From assembly GCA_951406725.2 (NCBI GenBank), contig OX597821.1, positions 69,192,001 through 69,256,000 of the forward strand: a stretch of 64,000 bases of DNA, read 5' to 3'. Shown one piece after another: positions 40,479-54,713 of this stretch. Made by a program: the position numbers and the translations under genes. The notes beneath the pieces are model-generated. The model did not search any database, was not told where the DNA came from, and saw nothing but the letters and a program-made list of their open reading frames with translations. The DNA comes from Octopus vulgaris. Its lineage: Eukaryota. The stretch's first letter is position 1, and every line of letters starts with the position of its first letter.

Positions 40479-40790
40479 GGCAGTCCATCAGTTGTGATTA
40501 TGAGGGTTCCAGTTGATCCAATCAATGGAACAGACTGTTTGTGTGAGTGGCTGAGCACTCCACAGCCTTGTGTATTCTCAACATAGGTCTCAGGGAGATT
40601 CAGTGTGAAGCAGAATGTGAGAAGGCTGGCCCTTTTAATTGCAAGTACTTTTCAGTCCTTTTTGCCAGCTAAGTAGACTGGAACAATGTAAAATAAAGTG
40701 TCTTGCTCAAGGACTCAGTGCACTGCCAGGAATCAAACTCATGACGTTATGATCATAAGCTGAATACCCCTAACCACTAAACCACATGCT
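40479..40790 (-). mobile_element. SINE family D
   Basis: Collinear with 3660-3955. Confidence 0.85.
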
Positions 40791-41099
40791 TTTGCTTCCT
40801 TTGAAAATATTGTCGATTTGAATATGGTTTATTTATTTATTTTAATTTTTACTAATCGAAACTGCTGTGTTTCAAAGAACCAAAATTCTTCTAGTTAGTG
40901 CATGCAACAATATCCTTACTTTGATATTGTTATCTATTGTTAATTATTATTTATTAATTTTTGGTCTTATCAGTTTAGGGAATAATGAACGTGATTACTG
41001 CTGAATAGCATTTAATTAAAGTGTGTGAATTTATCCATAATTGACTGGTTCATTCCAGTTAAAATTAATCTGCTGGATAAGGTTTCTAAGAGAATGAAT

Positions 41100-42789
41100 A
41101 ATAATAATAATAATGGTAATTTATTACATAGGCACAAGGTCACATACTTTTGGAGGGAGGGGTGTGGTTAGTTAAATCACCTCCAGTATTTTCTTGGTAT
41201 TTATTTTATTGATCCCAGTAGGATGAAAGGCCAAGTTGACCTCAGTAGTATTAAAGGCCAAGATGACTCCAGCAGAATTTGAATACAATACTTTAAGGGT
41301 TATAACTACATAACCATAAGGAAGAAAAGCTATTGAAAAATGCTCCTCTGATACTAATAATGATAGCTAACTTTGGCACAGTGCTACAAATTTGAAGAGG
41401 AGAATTCTAGTTGACTTAATCTGTCACTATAATATGGGTTTGGTACTTATTTTATTGACTCTAGAAGACAAAGGTAAAAAATTGGCCAAGATGTAACATA
41501 TACTTAGAATTTAGAGGAACACACAAGGTGTAGAAAGGCATTTAGTTCAGCACACAAGGGTTTCTGTTTCTTAGTTGCCTCATCATCATCATCATCATCA
41601 TCAAGTAGTATATTTAATGATCTTTTGGGTTCTGAGTTCAAACCCAATCAAGATCAACTTTGCTGTTCATCCATCTAGGGTCAGTAGAATAAAGTACTAA
41701 TCATGGTTTTATCAACTAACCCCTCCCTACAAATTTGTGGTCAGGTGCATTATTATTATTGTTGAGGTGAGCTGGCAGAATTGTTACCGCACCAGATAAA
41801 ATGCTTGGCAGCATTTCATCTGTCTCTACAGTCTGAGCTCAAACACTGCTGAGGTTGACTTTGCCTGTCATCCTTTCAAGGTCAATGGAAAACATACCAA
41901 TTAAGCATATCCCTTTTTCCTAAAATTTCAGACCTTGTTTGCCTTTAGTAGAAAGGATTATTATTTTTATTTTTTGTAGTATTTTTAATCATGCTCTTAC
42001 ACATTTTGTTCAATGGTTGACATTTTTACTTGTGGGTGGGTGAGACTTCTAATAATTACCAGCCAAGCACAAGGCCAATTCCATTGATCATGTTACATCT
42101 TCCCTGTAGTTTTGTAGCCTTGTGCCCAAGTAAGAAATTGTTGATAATTATAATAAACATCTATCTGACGATATAAAACTGGTATAATAGAATTGGAGAC
42201 TGAATAATAATAATAATAATAATAATCATGCCCTGATGCAGTACCAGGCAGTGACTCTCATTTAATGGATTCTGATCTTAACTGATTGGAAGTGTTATCA
42301 TGTACACTGTTTTGTCTTGGTATAAAAGATGGGCTACAGCAAATATTCTGCTCAATACCACAGATTTGCTTGTCAGTTGTTTGACTGTAACCAGTTGACT
42401 ATGTCCCTTAGTGGCTGACGATATGTGCATCTCTGATCATGAGCAGAAGTAGTGGGGGAGCATCATAGCCATGGGTTGAGAGGAATTCTTTGGGGTCTGA
42501 ATAGGTCACCGCTGGAAACATGGGTGTTTCGTTCAGCATCCTTAAACGACCCTTATTCAGAGACCTTTTGAGCAGGATGGGCTACTCGACCAGAAGAAAA
42601 TTCTAACTGGGCCACACCTGCATGGTCATGTGCTGTTTATCTTGATATGAGATCACCATGTTGTGCACATATGGTTGTGATGCATGTGCCTAGCGTACCC
42701 TTATCAGATGGGGTATTCATGATGGGTATACTGGGCTTCGTATATTTTACCCCAGTGTTACTTTGATGGCATGCACTGTTCTCTCACTC

Positions 42790-42828
<39 letters not shown>

Positions 42829-43985
42829 CAATGTTTGCATGTATCAAGTTTTCCTTGCAAGGATCACTTTACACATGGAGTCTTAGATATATTATGTCTG
42901 AACAAATGACAGGATGATCATGGCTGGAACACTTTCAATAGTAGGTCACTTTAATCAGAGCTGTCTTTAAAACACTCCCGAACAAACACATTGACAAAAA
43001 CAAAATCCAGACATAACACCTATGAACAACTTTGTCAGATGGAGCTGAGCCTGATAGTTCAGTGTATAATCTTATAATTTAATAATTTCATAGTGATGTT
43101 AAAGAGCTTTATGGTAGCATAATAGAAAGGTTGATTGGTTGATAGAGTTGACACCTTCACACACAATGATTTCTCTACATTCTAGTAACAGAATTTTTGT
43201 TTACACCTTTCAGTCTCTAATTAGATTTAGGAATGCCTGAGAGGAATTAATATAAATATTTTGTAAACTAAATGCTAATCAGCTCCAGCAGTATGATAGT
43301 GCTTTTAATATCAATAGTAATAATAAGACAGCGAGCTGGCAGAATTGTTAGCATACTGGACAAAATGCTTAATGGTATTTTGTCTGTCTTTATGTTCTGA
43401 ATTCAAATTCTGCTGAGGTCAACTTTGCTTTTATTTTTTGGGGTTGATGAAATAAGTACCAGTTAATCACTGGGGTTGATGTAATCAACTAGCTTCTTCC
43501 CTCAAAATGTCAGGCTTTGTGCCTATAGAAGAAAGAAATATCAATAGTAATAATAATGATTCCTAACATTGGCCACAAGGAGCATATTTATAAAGTGGTG
43601 GGTATAGTCAATGAAATAAAGTCTCGGGATATTGTTGGTACTTTTTTTCTTTCCTTTTTTTTTTTAATCAACTTTAGTCAATCCTAGCAAGATTTGAACT
43701 TACAATATAATTACAGCAACCTATTTTGTTCAACACTACTGATTCTGTCATCCAATAATTCTTTTTTTCTAATTTTGACATAAGGCTAGCAGTTTTAAGG
43801 GGAGGGGGTAAGTTAATTATATTGACCTGATTCAAATACTTGACTGGTACTTTATTTTTTCTCCTCCAAAAGAATGAAAGGCAGAGTTGATCTCAGCAGG
43901 ATTTGAGCTCAGACATAAAGAGCAGGAAAAAAATGCTGCTAAGTATTTTTCCAATGCCTTAATGGGTCTGCCAGTTCACTGCCTT
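41100..43985. mobile_element. Cluster of family E SINE copies in both orientations
   Basis: Minus copies at about 41125-41290, 41370-41580, 43560-43750 and 43775-43985. Plus copies at about 41630-41750, 41765-41960 and 43330-43537. Further copies at 18778-18957 and 34830-35215. Confidence 0.75.
42226..42790 (+). mobile_element. Unclassified element of about 565 bp (family F) embedded in (TAA)n
   Basis: Reverse-complement homologue at 58914-59418; both copies are bounded by trinucleotide microsatellites. Strand label is arbitrary. Confidence 0.85.
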
Positions 43986-46900
43986 TCTATTATCCAATAA
44001 TAATGGTACTAGTGAAATATTTGGCTTGTTTAAGAGAATTTGCTAACCAACCCTTGTAGTTACTGTAGCTTAAATATGATATCATATGTAATACCAATAG
44101 AAAAAAAAAATCATAAATCTACTTATGTTGCTTTTAGGTAAGTATTCACAAGTCAGCCTTAATTGTGGAAGACCAATTAGTTTTTTAGGTGTAATTCATA
44201 AGTGCTGAGAGAGTGACACTCCTTAAGTCACTCAATCAAATCACACTCTATTGTCTTTAAAAAAAGGAAAAGAACATATTTTATAATGTAGTCTATATAC
44301 ACTACTACTTCTGCACTGAGAAGAAAGGAGGTGCTGTCGTTACAGCTGGAATACCTTTCATCATAGATCTGCTCAAATAAGGTTGTCCTGTGGTTAAACA
44401 ACAACTACCTGTGGTTTACTATTTAAGCATACATTGTACAGTACTACAGATATGTTGTGTTGGAGATCCAATAATGTAGTAGTTGAAATGTTGCATCTAT
44501 GCTCTTATGGTATTTGAAGTTGCATTAGCAAGGCATGAAGTGTATCACTTTGAAAAGGATTAAATAAACTGAACCCCATTTGTCCCTTAATAAATGTTTG
44601 ACTAACGTAAAGGAAGATGAAACAAATGACCACTATTGACATGTTTGTGAAAGGGTTGGTCTGTTGAGTTGATAGGTTTGTTTTTGTGTATAGCGATAGT
44701 GAAATTGGGAAGTGGAGATAGTTATGAAGAAACCAGTTTATTGTAAATAGCATTACAGAAAATGGAGAAAAGGTCAGGATTGCTTTGAAGTTCTCTGTTA
44801 ACTTTTCACTGTTAAAGGTCACTTTTGATGTCACTGTATAAGTGTATACAATCACTGAGTAGGCTTAGGGTTATGTCTATGATATTGAAGTTGAAAATAT
44901 ATTCCTCTTGTGTGTTTTTTTTTTTTTTTGCCAATAGATCTTTCTTCTAATGCCATCCATTCAACCATGAAGTAGAAGCACTACCTATTTTTCAGCCAAG
45001 CAATTAAAGTATTAACGTAATATATTTTGTCTAAATTGAGAATGAAATACTCATAATGTGGTTTGAACTCATAATCATTGTTCTTGTAATTTAGTACTCT
45101 GACCATTCAACCATTCAATAATACCACCTCAAATTTTCATTTGTTTTTCCATTAAAAGTACATTTTATATTGGTGGCTAAGTGGAAGTCTGGGAGTGTTA
45201 GTAGAAATGACATACAAAGTTTATCAGAGGAAACAGCTTTTATTGAATCTAGAATATTGAGCTGCTGAGGTTCAAAGAAAGCATTGAAGGATGAACTCTT
45301 ATTTTGTCCATTTATTGATAACGGATGAGGAACTATTGTAAAATGGTTGACAGTGATTAACATGTTTTAGAAAACATGAGAATAATATTTTAAATTGACT
45401 TAAAAGAAATATTGCTTCTGTCTTATTTATTGATTATTTTCTGTTGTATTAATTGAACACTAGTAGTGTTGGTTACAGGTTTCTAATGGGTTAATCACTT
45501 GTTTATTGCATTGCTTATGCTGAGAGTGACAAAGGAGTGTTCGTGATTTGATGCAGAACTGTTATCACCAAGAATTTTTTAAATCACCAATTTTTCTTTT
45601 TTTTTCTAAGCTTCTGTTTATATCTTTTGATGTGTGTGTGTGTGAAATGGACGCATGCATAGTTTCTATCTACCAAATTCTACTCTCAAAGTATTAGTGA
45701 ACCTGACACATGGTTATAAAACAAGTTCATTACCCTTATAATCATGCCTATGCCACAACTTAGATGATCCAAAGAATATAACTGTAAAGATGCCTTCATA
45801 TCATCAGTAACAGATAAATGATGAAAAATTTTGAACTTATAACTGTTGGGAGCTAAAATAGAAAGTTGACTAATAAAAAATTGATGATTTCTGCACTATT
45901 AATATGGCATTCTCTGATCACATTGTGTATTTACACAATGCAACCTTGATTTCTAAACAAAATTATATTAACATCTTAAGTCACAAGTGTGGGTTATCTC
46001 TAAACTTTGCAGATTCCTCACTCTTGTAAAATCTACCCTAGAGGGGTCCAGACTAAAATATGGCTTCTGTAACATTGAAAATACTTGTGGAATGTTTTGG
46101 AAAATGAAACTGGTTTTCCAGTATAGGTAAGAATAGAACATGGAAAATTACAAGGGAAATGATATTAGTCATTGCCTGAAATTTTTCCCCCCTCAACATA
46201 TATTATTTCTAATTAGGATTTCAATGCTCCATTAATAAATATATTAAATACTAATTTACCTATTAACTATACCTGGTTAATAAATTGATGATACATAAAC
46301 AGTGGTGACAGCAGTTTCTTTTAGCTTCAAGCCAATCCTGACTCAGCAAACATAGGTTCAAAGGCATTCCAGCCATGATCATTCCATCTTTTCTTAGTTC
46401 ACTACAATTTACCTATGACTACATTCTCAAATATATGCCTCTTTAAATCAAGAGAGTGTGTGTGATAAGTGGAGACTATTTTTAGCAGGTTTGGCTATCA
46501 TGCAATGGGGTTGTCATTGGTTTGTGTTCTCATTGTTTAACTGATTGAGCAAAATATATAATCAAAGGCTTTCTAGTTGTGACCATCCTGTCTTCTTTTT
46601 TTTTCCAAACATAGTGTATTTAGGACTAAAATTATCCAATATATATAATCAGTTCAAAAGTGGAGTAAAGTGTTTTATTGTACAGATACAGAAACGGTAG
46701 CATTTTAGACATAAATCTACGTTGGAGAGAAATGTTATCTGATGATATCAATGGTAAACTTATTTGCTCCAATTTAGATCTGTTTGACTGGGCCTGATGA
46801 AGCCTTCTGGCTTCACAGACCCCAGTAGAACCGTCCAACCCATGCTAGCATGGAAAACGGACGCTAAACGACGATGATGATGATATACTCAATAATTGCT

Positions 46901-49899
46901 TACAGGATTCATTGCTTGTATCCTTGGATCCTACTACTGTATCCAACGTGTGTCTTTTCTTTTTCAAGACAATTTGCTGTAAGTTGTAAGAGATTTTAAT
47001 GCTAATTTTGGCAAAATGAAGGGTGATGTAGAGGCTCCTCCATTCATTGCCTTATGATGTTTTTCCTTCTTCAAGTAATAAATGTGCTTTGAAAAGATTT
47101 TTTATGGCACGTGCCTTTGTTTGCTGGCTTCTCCCTTATATAAAATAATTGAATTTATATAGAGCCACCTTGTTTTAATGTCCATAAGTGTCAATGCACG
47201 AAACTCTTGGCCCTTGAGTCACTGTTGCTTCTGCTAAATATTAATAAATATATATATATATATATATATATATTTATTTATTTATTTATTTATTTAATAG
47301 AAGCATCTTCTTTAAATGTCCATCTTCAATACTGGCAGGGTTTGGAATATATATATATATAAATGAATAGTTTTGCATTTCCTATTTTGTGCATATACAT
47401 AGTATTAACTTACTCTTAAGTGATTGTTTAAAGCATAATGGCTCAGTTATATCGCTGTCTTTAAAGGAATCAACCAATTGTTTCAATGTAATGAGTTGCG
47501 TTCTATATTGAAGATGGCAGACTCAATTAAGCAGCTACCAGAAACCTATGTTTAAGCTGTCTTGCTACAGCTCAACACTGAAATCAACTTAATCAGTGTA
47601 ATCATCTGGTAAATGACATGTTTGCTGAAATGTTGGTAAACCACCTATTCTTCCCACTCTTGGCTTCATATATACCATTTATATATATATGATCCAGTTT
47701 GTGGTTGCATTTTCTTTTTTTTTTTCTGTTTTTTCTTTCCTTTTTTTTCTATTTAGTTATTTCACTTGGAATATTTCTTGTGATTCAATCAATAATTAAC
47801 CAATATAGATGATGTGTGGGATATTGATATGTTTTCTTTTTCTGTGGTAGATATTTTGAATTTACTATTGAACTTTCTTTGAATAATTCTTCTGATTGTT
47901 TTTTTTTTTTTTTTGCTGAAGATTCTTGTGTATCTCTCTTGTCCTCAAGAAATGTATGAGGCAGTAGTAATTGTATTGTTGCTGATGGAAGTGTTCTTTT
48001 GTTGTCATAGTGGTGATGGTAGTGGTGATAATATTGGTTGTGGAAATAGTTGTGGTTGTGATGAAGGTTGTTGTTGTTGGTAAGCCTAGATCAGCCATGA
48101 CCTAGCTGTATTTTTTCCAACATAGGTTGTCAATTTGCAATACATAGATTTAAATTTTTTAAATGCTTGTGTATGATTCAGTAGATATTTTGCTACTGCT
48201 TCTAGGAAGTTAAGCGATCATGAAGTGGCTTTAGTTGCTGGTTCATTGGAATGAAAGTAGAGTACTTGGTACAGTGATTGTTGTTGTGTGTTGGATCTTG
48301 TGTCAACTTTTACTGAGATAAGGTGTATAATATATCTATAATTTTTATGCTATGTAATGAATTCACTTAAATGAGATTCATCTAAAATGTTAGGAATTTA
48401 GAACAGGGCCAATGAAGGAGTATCTACCACTAAAACTGAAATTATAGAGAGAAACTTGTGAATTGTTTTGAGTGACTTTTTTTAAAGAAAAATATGTGAG
48501 TGTAGATTTGTTACTATGTTAATGATATTGTTTCATAATTGTTGTCAGTCACTTGAGAGATAAAAGTTTGTAATATAAGAAATGGATGGGTTGGTGGGGG
48601 AGGATTGAGAAAAATTATTAAGATATAGATAAACTGAGAAAGAGAAGGGCCGTACGGACCCCAGTTGAGAACCACTTCTATAAATGGTGAGGTGACTAGC
48701 TGAAAACATGGATTAGTACAATCAAGCTGGAGCTTGAATTGATGCCTGGTTTCCATGTGTATAGGGGTCTACCATTAGAAATGTGACTGATTGAAGATCA
48801 CTAACTGTGCTAGTTGTTTATGATGTTGGAGTTTTATTGGTTGGAGTTGACTTAGTTCCTTGGGGAATGTCAACATAAATACAAGTAAATAAACTGCAAC
48901 TGTATATTGAAATATGAAACATCCCCACTGTCTCTGCTATATTATCCTATACCCTTTCTATATATAAAAAAAGACAAAAAAAAACAATAACCCTTTCTTT
49001 CATTCATTAACTCATAGTCCTATTCTATAGACAATTTAAATAATTTAATATCATTTCTGAATTATTCCTTTGATTTGAACCAACCTTCGTTATGTTTCAT
49101 ATTTCTACTGGGGAGTGAAGTGTTCTGACCATCAGGCAAGCATAGGAATGGCTTGACTCCACTTCTCATGCTGATCTATGTCGCTCCTTGACAGGTCAAG
49201 TGGTCAAGTTTCCACTTGTACTACCATGGCAACTATCACAACCACTACCTCAGTCACTGCTATCACCAACGCCACTATGAAGTATGTTTGGAGTTTCTTC
49301 ATTACTTATAATTAATAGCAATTTCAAGGGTTGGAGTGGGATCATGGTGTGGTGTTCTTTGTAAACCAGGTCAGTGATATGATTTTTCACTCTCATTTAG
49401 TGCTTTCTTTTACAAAGAACCCTTAATGCTTTTGGGAAAGGTGTGAACATTACAACTTCCTTTCAGAAAGACATTTCATAGGACTCTATTTGTGAAGGAG
49501 TTACAGGTATCCCATAGAGTAATTGTCTATGTAGTCACCTGGCAGGTGACAGGTATGTAGTTTAAGTTCTTTCAGTAGGTCTATCATGCTTTCCAGCCTC
49601 ATGTTGATGCTTATAATTCCTAATAACATTTTAAGTTGAGAATCTTAACGGTTAATTTGTTATAACTTTGTTAAACACTTGACTCAATTGACTTTAATAT
49701 CCTCAAGCACTTACTTAATTGCATTTAAATAGTGTTGTTGGCCACATCTTGCACTCAAGTGATGGATTGGAGTTCACCATTCTAATGGATTTGTCATGAA
49801 TATATTCGATTGAAATTTATATATTCCTTTTAATTATAAGTAATTCCAAACTTCTGTGATAATAACTGAAAGTTCATAGATCATTGGCATGATGATGTT

Positions 49900-50105
49900 T
49901 AGTGTCAGGTCATACCAAATAACCAGGTCCATAATCAAAGGCATTCAAGATGTGATCATGTCTTCTTTTCCCTTTTTTCTTTTCTCAGTATGCCTTAGAC
50001 CAATATCATCTTATGTATTCTTTACCTCTCAAGACTCCAGGATGTGGTTTGGGAGGAGATTTGGGTGCAAGTTATGGAACCATGAAGTGGCTTCCTCATT
50101 TTGTT
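49900..50105. repeat. Old dispersed repeat family I (representative copy)
   Basis: Motifs ATCAAAGGCATTC and GGGAGATTTGGCTGCTATTTCTAGCA recur degenerately at about 3420-3630, 11725-11910, 13360-13530, 24820-25010, 26500-26560, 32820-33120, 44230-44405, 46320-46620, 48070-48230, 53750-53915 and 62350-62477. Confidence 0.6.
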
Positions 50106-50272
50106 GATCTTTGGTATTGTTGTTGCTTTGGTTTATTTTCACTCTAAAGATATTCCTCTTCCAGATATCATTCATTGTTAGTCTGTGTCGTGAAATATCT
50201 AAAATATAACCAAACTCTTCTTCAATGTTTAGCTACATGACTGAAAGATCTTATTATTTCTCTCTTTTGCAG

Positions 50273-50440
50273 AAGCAATATTAAATCGTCCACTACCTGA
50301 TGCACCCACTGAAGCGCTGGGTACTAAATGGATGTCCAAAGAAAATTTACTGTCCAGTCAGACTGAAGATGATCCAAACTTGTTTGTGGCTTTATATGAT
50401 TTCCAGTCTGGTGGAGAAAACCAACTCAGTATTGTAAAAG
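50273..50440 (+). CDS. Abl: Internal coding exon of an ABL-family non-receptor tyrosine kinase (cap plus start of SH3; orthologous to human ABL1 common exon a2)
   Basis: Acceptor tttctctcttttgcag| and donor AAAG|gtaagt; 168 nt, phase 1-1, no stop. Translates (E)[55 protein letters not shown](G), matching human ABL1 EALQRP...[39 protein letters not shown] with the same exon borders. Confidence 0.97.
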
Positions 50441-50612
50441 GTAAGTTACTTTTTTAATGAAGATGATAAAATAGTTTTTACTTTGGTTTATCTGTTGTTC
50501 CTGTTACTTCTGATTCCTTTCATATACTTTTCAAGATCAAAGATTGAGTTCTGATAAGTGGAAGATCTTTGCAAAACACAAATAAGACTTTCATTGAAAT
50601 ATTGTTCACATA

Positions 50613-50902
50613 TAGGTGCAGGCGTGGCTGCGTGGTAAGTAGCTTGATTACCAACCACATGGTTCTGGGTTCAATTCCACTATGTGACACCTTGGGCAAG
50701 TGTCTATTACTATAGCCTTGGGCTGACCACCATTGCTTGACAACCGATGTTGGTGTGTTTATGTCCCTGTAACTTAGCAGTTTGGCAAAAGAGACAGAAT
50801 AAGTAGTAGGCTTACAAAGAATAAATCGTGGGGTCGATTTGTTTGACTAAAGGCAGTGCTCCGGCATGGCTGCAGTCAAATGACTGAAACAAATAAAAGA
50901 AT
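50613..50902 (+). mobile_element. tRNA-derived SINE family A with internal deletion
   Basis: Head GTGGCTGCGTGGTAAG..GGTTCAATTCC; lacks the central microsatellite segment; family A tail. Confidence 0.88.
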
Positions 50903-51675
50903 ATGTAGGCTTGTGCTTCTGTGATATGCATACAAACATCCTAGACCCTGTCTGAAAGATGATGTCAGGACTGATTCTTTAACCATTGGCTTAATGACAA
51001 ACTGTTTCTTCTTGACTCTTAACTTTACTACAGTGTCATTACCTCTGAAACATCTTGCTGCATTCCCTCACATGCTAGTCACCTAATGCATCCATCCGTC
51101 CAGTCAATCTGAATCCACTTCTGGTTTAATAATACAAAACCTCTCATTTTAAAATGTTCATATGTGAATTAAAACCTTCCATTATAGTTTTATGTAAGGG
51201 CTTTCTGTATTTTCCAAATATCAAGTTAATAATGTTAAAGTTACTTTAATTTTGCTAAATCCCTCTTGGAATTCATTGAATCACGGACATTGTATTTCCT
51301 TACAAATATTGTCACAAGGCAGTTATGCAAAAGAGTTACAGTGAAGATATAATACAGAGAAAGAAATGAGCAGAAATAATGGTTTATTTTTAGTGAATAG
51401 ACCATGTTATTAATAATGAAAAGAGAGAAAAATGTATGACAACAATAGAACTGATTTTAAAGGTCAATGAGAAAGGAGATAAATTGAAGACATGCATGGC
51501 TGTCTGGTTAAGAAATTTGGCTTCACAGTCACATAGTTCTGAGTTTGGTTCTACTGTGTTGCATCTTGGGAAGGTGTCTTATATCATAACCTTAGGTTGC
51601 ATTCAAGACTTGTAAGTGAAATTACGTGAACAATAATTGTATTGAATCCTATCAGTCATACAATTTAGCATTATC

Positions 51676-51903
51676 TATTTCTTTATTACCCACAAGGGGC
51701 TAAACATAGAGAGGACAAACAAACGGACTAAGTCGATTACATCGACCCCCAGTGCGTAACTGGTACTTAATTTATCGACCCCGAAAGGATGAAGGGCAAA
51801 GTCGACCTCGGCGGAATTTGAACTCAGAACGTAACGACAGACGAAATACGGCTACGCATTTCGCCCGGCGTGCTAACGGTTCTGCCAGCTCGCCGCCTTA
51901 TGC
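51676..51903 (-). mobile_element. Very young family E SINE
   Basis: 15-bp TSD CAATTTAGCATTATC (51661-51675 and 51904-51918); CpG-rich; reverse strand has TGGCAGAACCGTTAG, GAGTTCAAATTCC and CCTTCATCCTTTCGGGGTCGATAAATTAAGTACCAG. Confidence 0.92.
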
Positions 51904-54713
51904 CAATTTAGCATTATCATTTGGTCCTTGAGTATCTTTAGTGGAGTCTACTCTATTGCAAACATTTGGACCATGTCTTCAGCCTCAGAATAACAAATGA
52001 GTCATGATTTCTTGCCTTCCTCTCGATCAGTCAATGAAGCCCCCCCCGCCAACAAAATAGTATTGGTGCTTCCCTTTCCACTTTCACCAAAATTCATAGA
52101 TTAAAGAAAAAAAAAAAAAGAAATCTTTTGTGTTGAAGATTGGAATGAAATGACTAGGTGTCTGATATTGAACCTGTTATCTTTTTTTGGTGATAGTAGT
52201 TTTTTGGTATTGAAAGCAAACACACACACACACATGTACACAGAATAGATAGACAGACAGACAGACAAACAGACAGAGAATTATAGTTTATTTATTGAAA
52301 CCAATTGACATAGACTTTTAAATTTGTATAAAGAAAAAGCACACACACTCATATAAACAAATACAGAGAGAGAGAGAGGGAGGAGTTAGAGGCATATTTC
52401 CAGCAATCAAAGTCATTTAATACATCTTAATGCTTCTCTCTCTTTCTGCCTGTCTCTCTTCCCACAATTTTTCTGCTCTCTGTGCCAAAATCTAAATTCA
52501 CTGTCAGTTCTACTTAGTCAAAGATATGCAGAAATCCATAGTGAAATTTAAAAAAACAAAAATTCCTATTTTCCACATTTCGTCAATATTTCAGTAGCCA
52601 GCTTATACATATAGTGAAGCAGGAAGTTAAACAAAGTTTAGTAGTTGTGATTACAAGTTGTTTACTAGAGTAAAATTTCCATGGTACTAAAGGATCCTGA
52701 GAAGAAAGCCTGTTGAATTTATGACATTAAAGAGGCCGGGCCAAAATGGCTGTACCAAAATGTCTCCTACCCATTGAAGATGACAATAGCTGAAGCAAGT
52801 ACATTACCTCCAAATAAGAGAGAATTGTATTTCAGTAGCTGCTATTGTACCTTTGATGTTTTAAAAATGCATGGAAATGGGAGTTTTTAAAAAAAGCTGC
52901 AGTAAATACTAAGTCTAGCTACTAAATATACTTAGTTAAGAACTATCTTGCATAAGTATATTGCAGGTTATGTTTTTGATGATTCACTATTGAAATAAAC
53001 TTAATCTGAGTCGGTGTAGTAGTTATTGAAGTATTAGTACCAATAGCAGCCTTTGAAGTCTTCATTGTCAGTTACATTCTATCTGTCTATCTAGGTCATC
53101 TTTGTATTTCATCTTTCTGTGATTGATAGCTAATCAACAACATACCAGAACTGGGTAGATTGATCTTGTTGTTGTAGTGCATTGGGTACAGCATGATTAA
53201 CTGAATAGATGTCTTACATAACACTGAGTTTTGAAATTGAAAACACTGCTACTCAGAAGCCATGTGTTGCCAGACTATACAGTGCTCTTTATGGGCCTAC
53301 TTAATATAATGCTCCTTATGAGCCTACTTAGTACATAAGAGAGGTGCTTTCAATTAAAGTTTAAAATATTTAAAATATTCCAGTGACCATATTGCATACA
53401 CTCAAGCTACATCACTGTAAGACAACTTGGTTCAATGTGTGTGAATTTTTTATCGTCATTTAGTGTCCATTTTCCTTGCTGGCATGAGGTTGAACAGTTT
53501 GACAGGATCTGGCAAGCCACAGGGCTGCATCATGCCCAATGTCAGCTTTGTCATGTTTTCTATGTCTGGATGCCCCTCCTTAAGTCAACCTCTTAAACAC
53601 ATACACACACAGCCTTTTCTTTCTTTATTGGTTTCAGTCTTTGGATTACAGCCATATTTGAGCACAACTTTCAATAGTTTAGTCATAAAATGCACTATTA
53701 AGAGAAACACATTTATAACAAGAGCCAGGAAAGACAATCTTGTATAATGATTTCCCCACTTGCTAGAAATGACAACCATATAACCTTCACATTACATCGT
53801 AACATCTATATAAAAAAAAGAAAAATCAATAAAAATAGGATGGCTGTAGCTCGAATACCTTTGATCATAGTATAAGACTGCTGGATCATGGCAGACCTGG
53901 GGCTGAAGAACAACATTGATCATGTAATGTAATAGTAAATAAATAAATTTGACAGAAACAAATAAATTTTTGTTAAATTTCTGTCATTTCTAGTTTCTTA
54001 AAAGTTGTCATCAGTTTCCTTCTCCTCCTCCTCCTCATTGTTGTTGGTGTCATCATCATCATCATCATCTCTACATGCAGCTCATTACCTCATTTAAAAT
54101 GTTCTTTGACCTACCTGTTGCTGTTGTCACCTTCCTGTCAACTTGAAGCACATATTCATTGACATATTAACTGCCTCATTTATATATTACCTGCATTTCA
54201 GCAATGGAATAATCAACTACTGTATACATTGCTGCCACTCTTTTGATATCAAGATTAGTAAATAATTTTGGCAATTGCCCTGGAAATGTCAACTGCATGA
54301 TAGCAGCAGGATTTTATATGACTTGTGATCAAAACTATTGACTAGAAATCTGTTAATCTCTCAAAGTTTATGAAGCAACAACCCAAATATGTTGGATTAA
54401 TCGCAACTGTTTTAAGCTTGAATTGGGGTTATCTATAGTATTTTAGAAGCCTGGCCATAACTTGATGAAATGCAGATAATACATTAATACCTTTCCTTTC
54501 AATCACATTCTTGAACCTGTCTAATCAAAGTTTTGCAAATCCAGGACTGCATTTAGCAGTTATCTTTGAAAGACCAGTTCTTCTTCTATGTGGGTTATTT
54601 CTTCCTTTGATATATTTTTTATTTTTACTGATGATCTGTTGGAGGCCAATGTGATTTACAATGTAAAAAAAAAAATTTGACATAAACATGTGGTTAAGAA
54701 ATTCACTTTACGA

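Noticed and set aside
46092-46132. ATG plus strong donor as a first exon (also 9066-9094 and donor 29931)
   Set aside because: Phase 2 or no in-frame ATG, so incompatible with the phase-1 acceptor at 50273.
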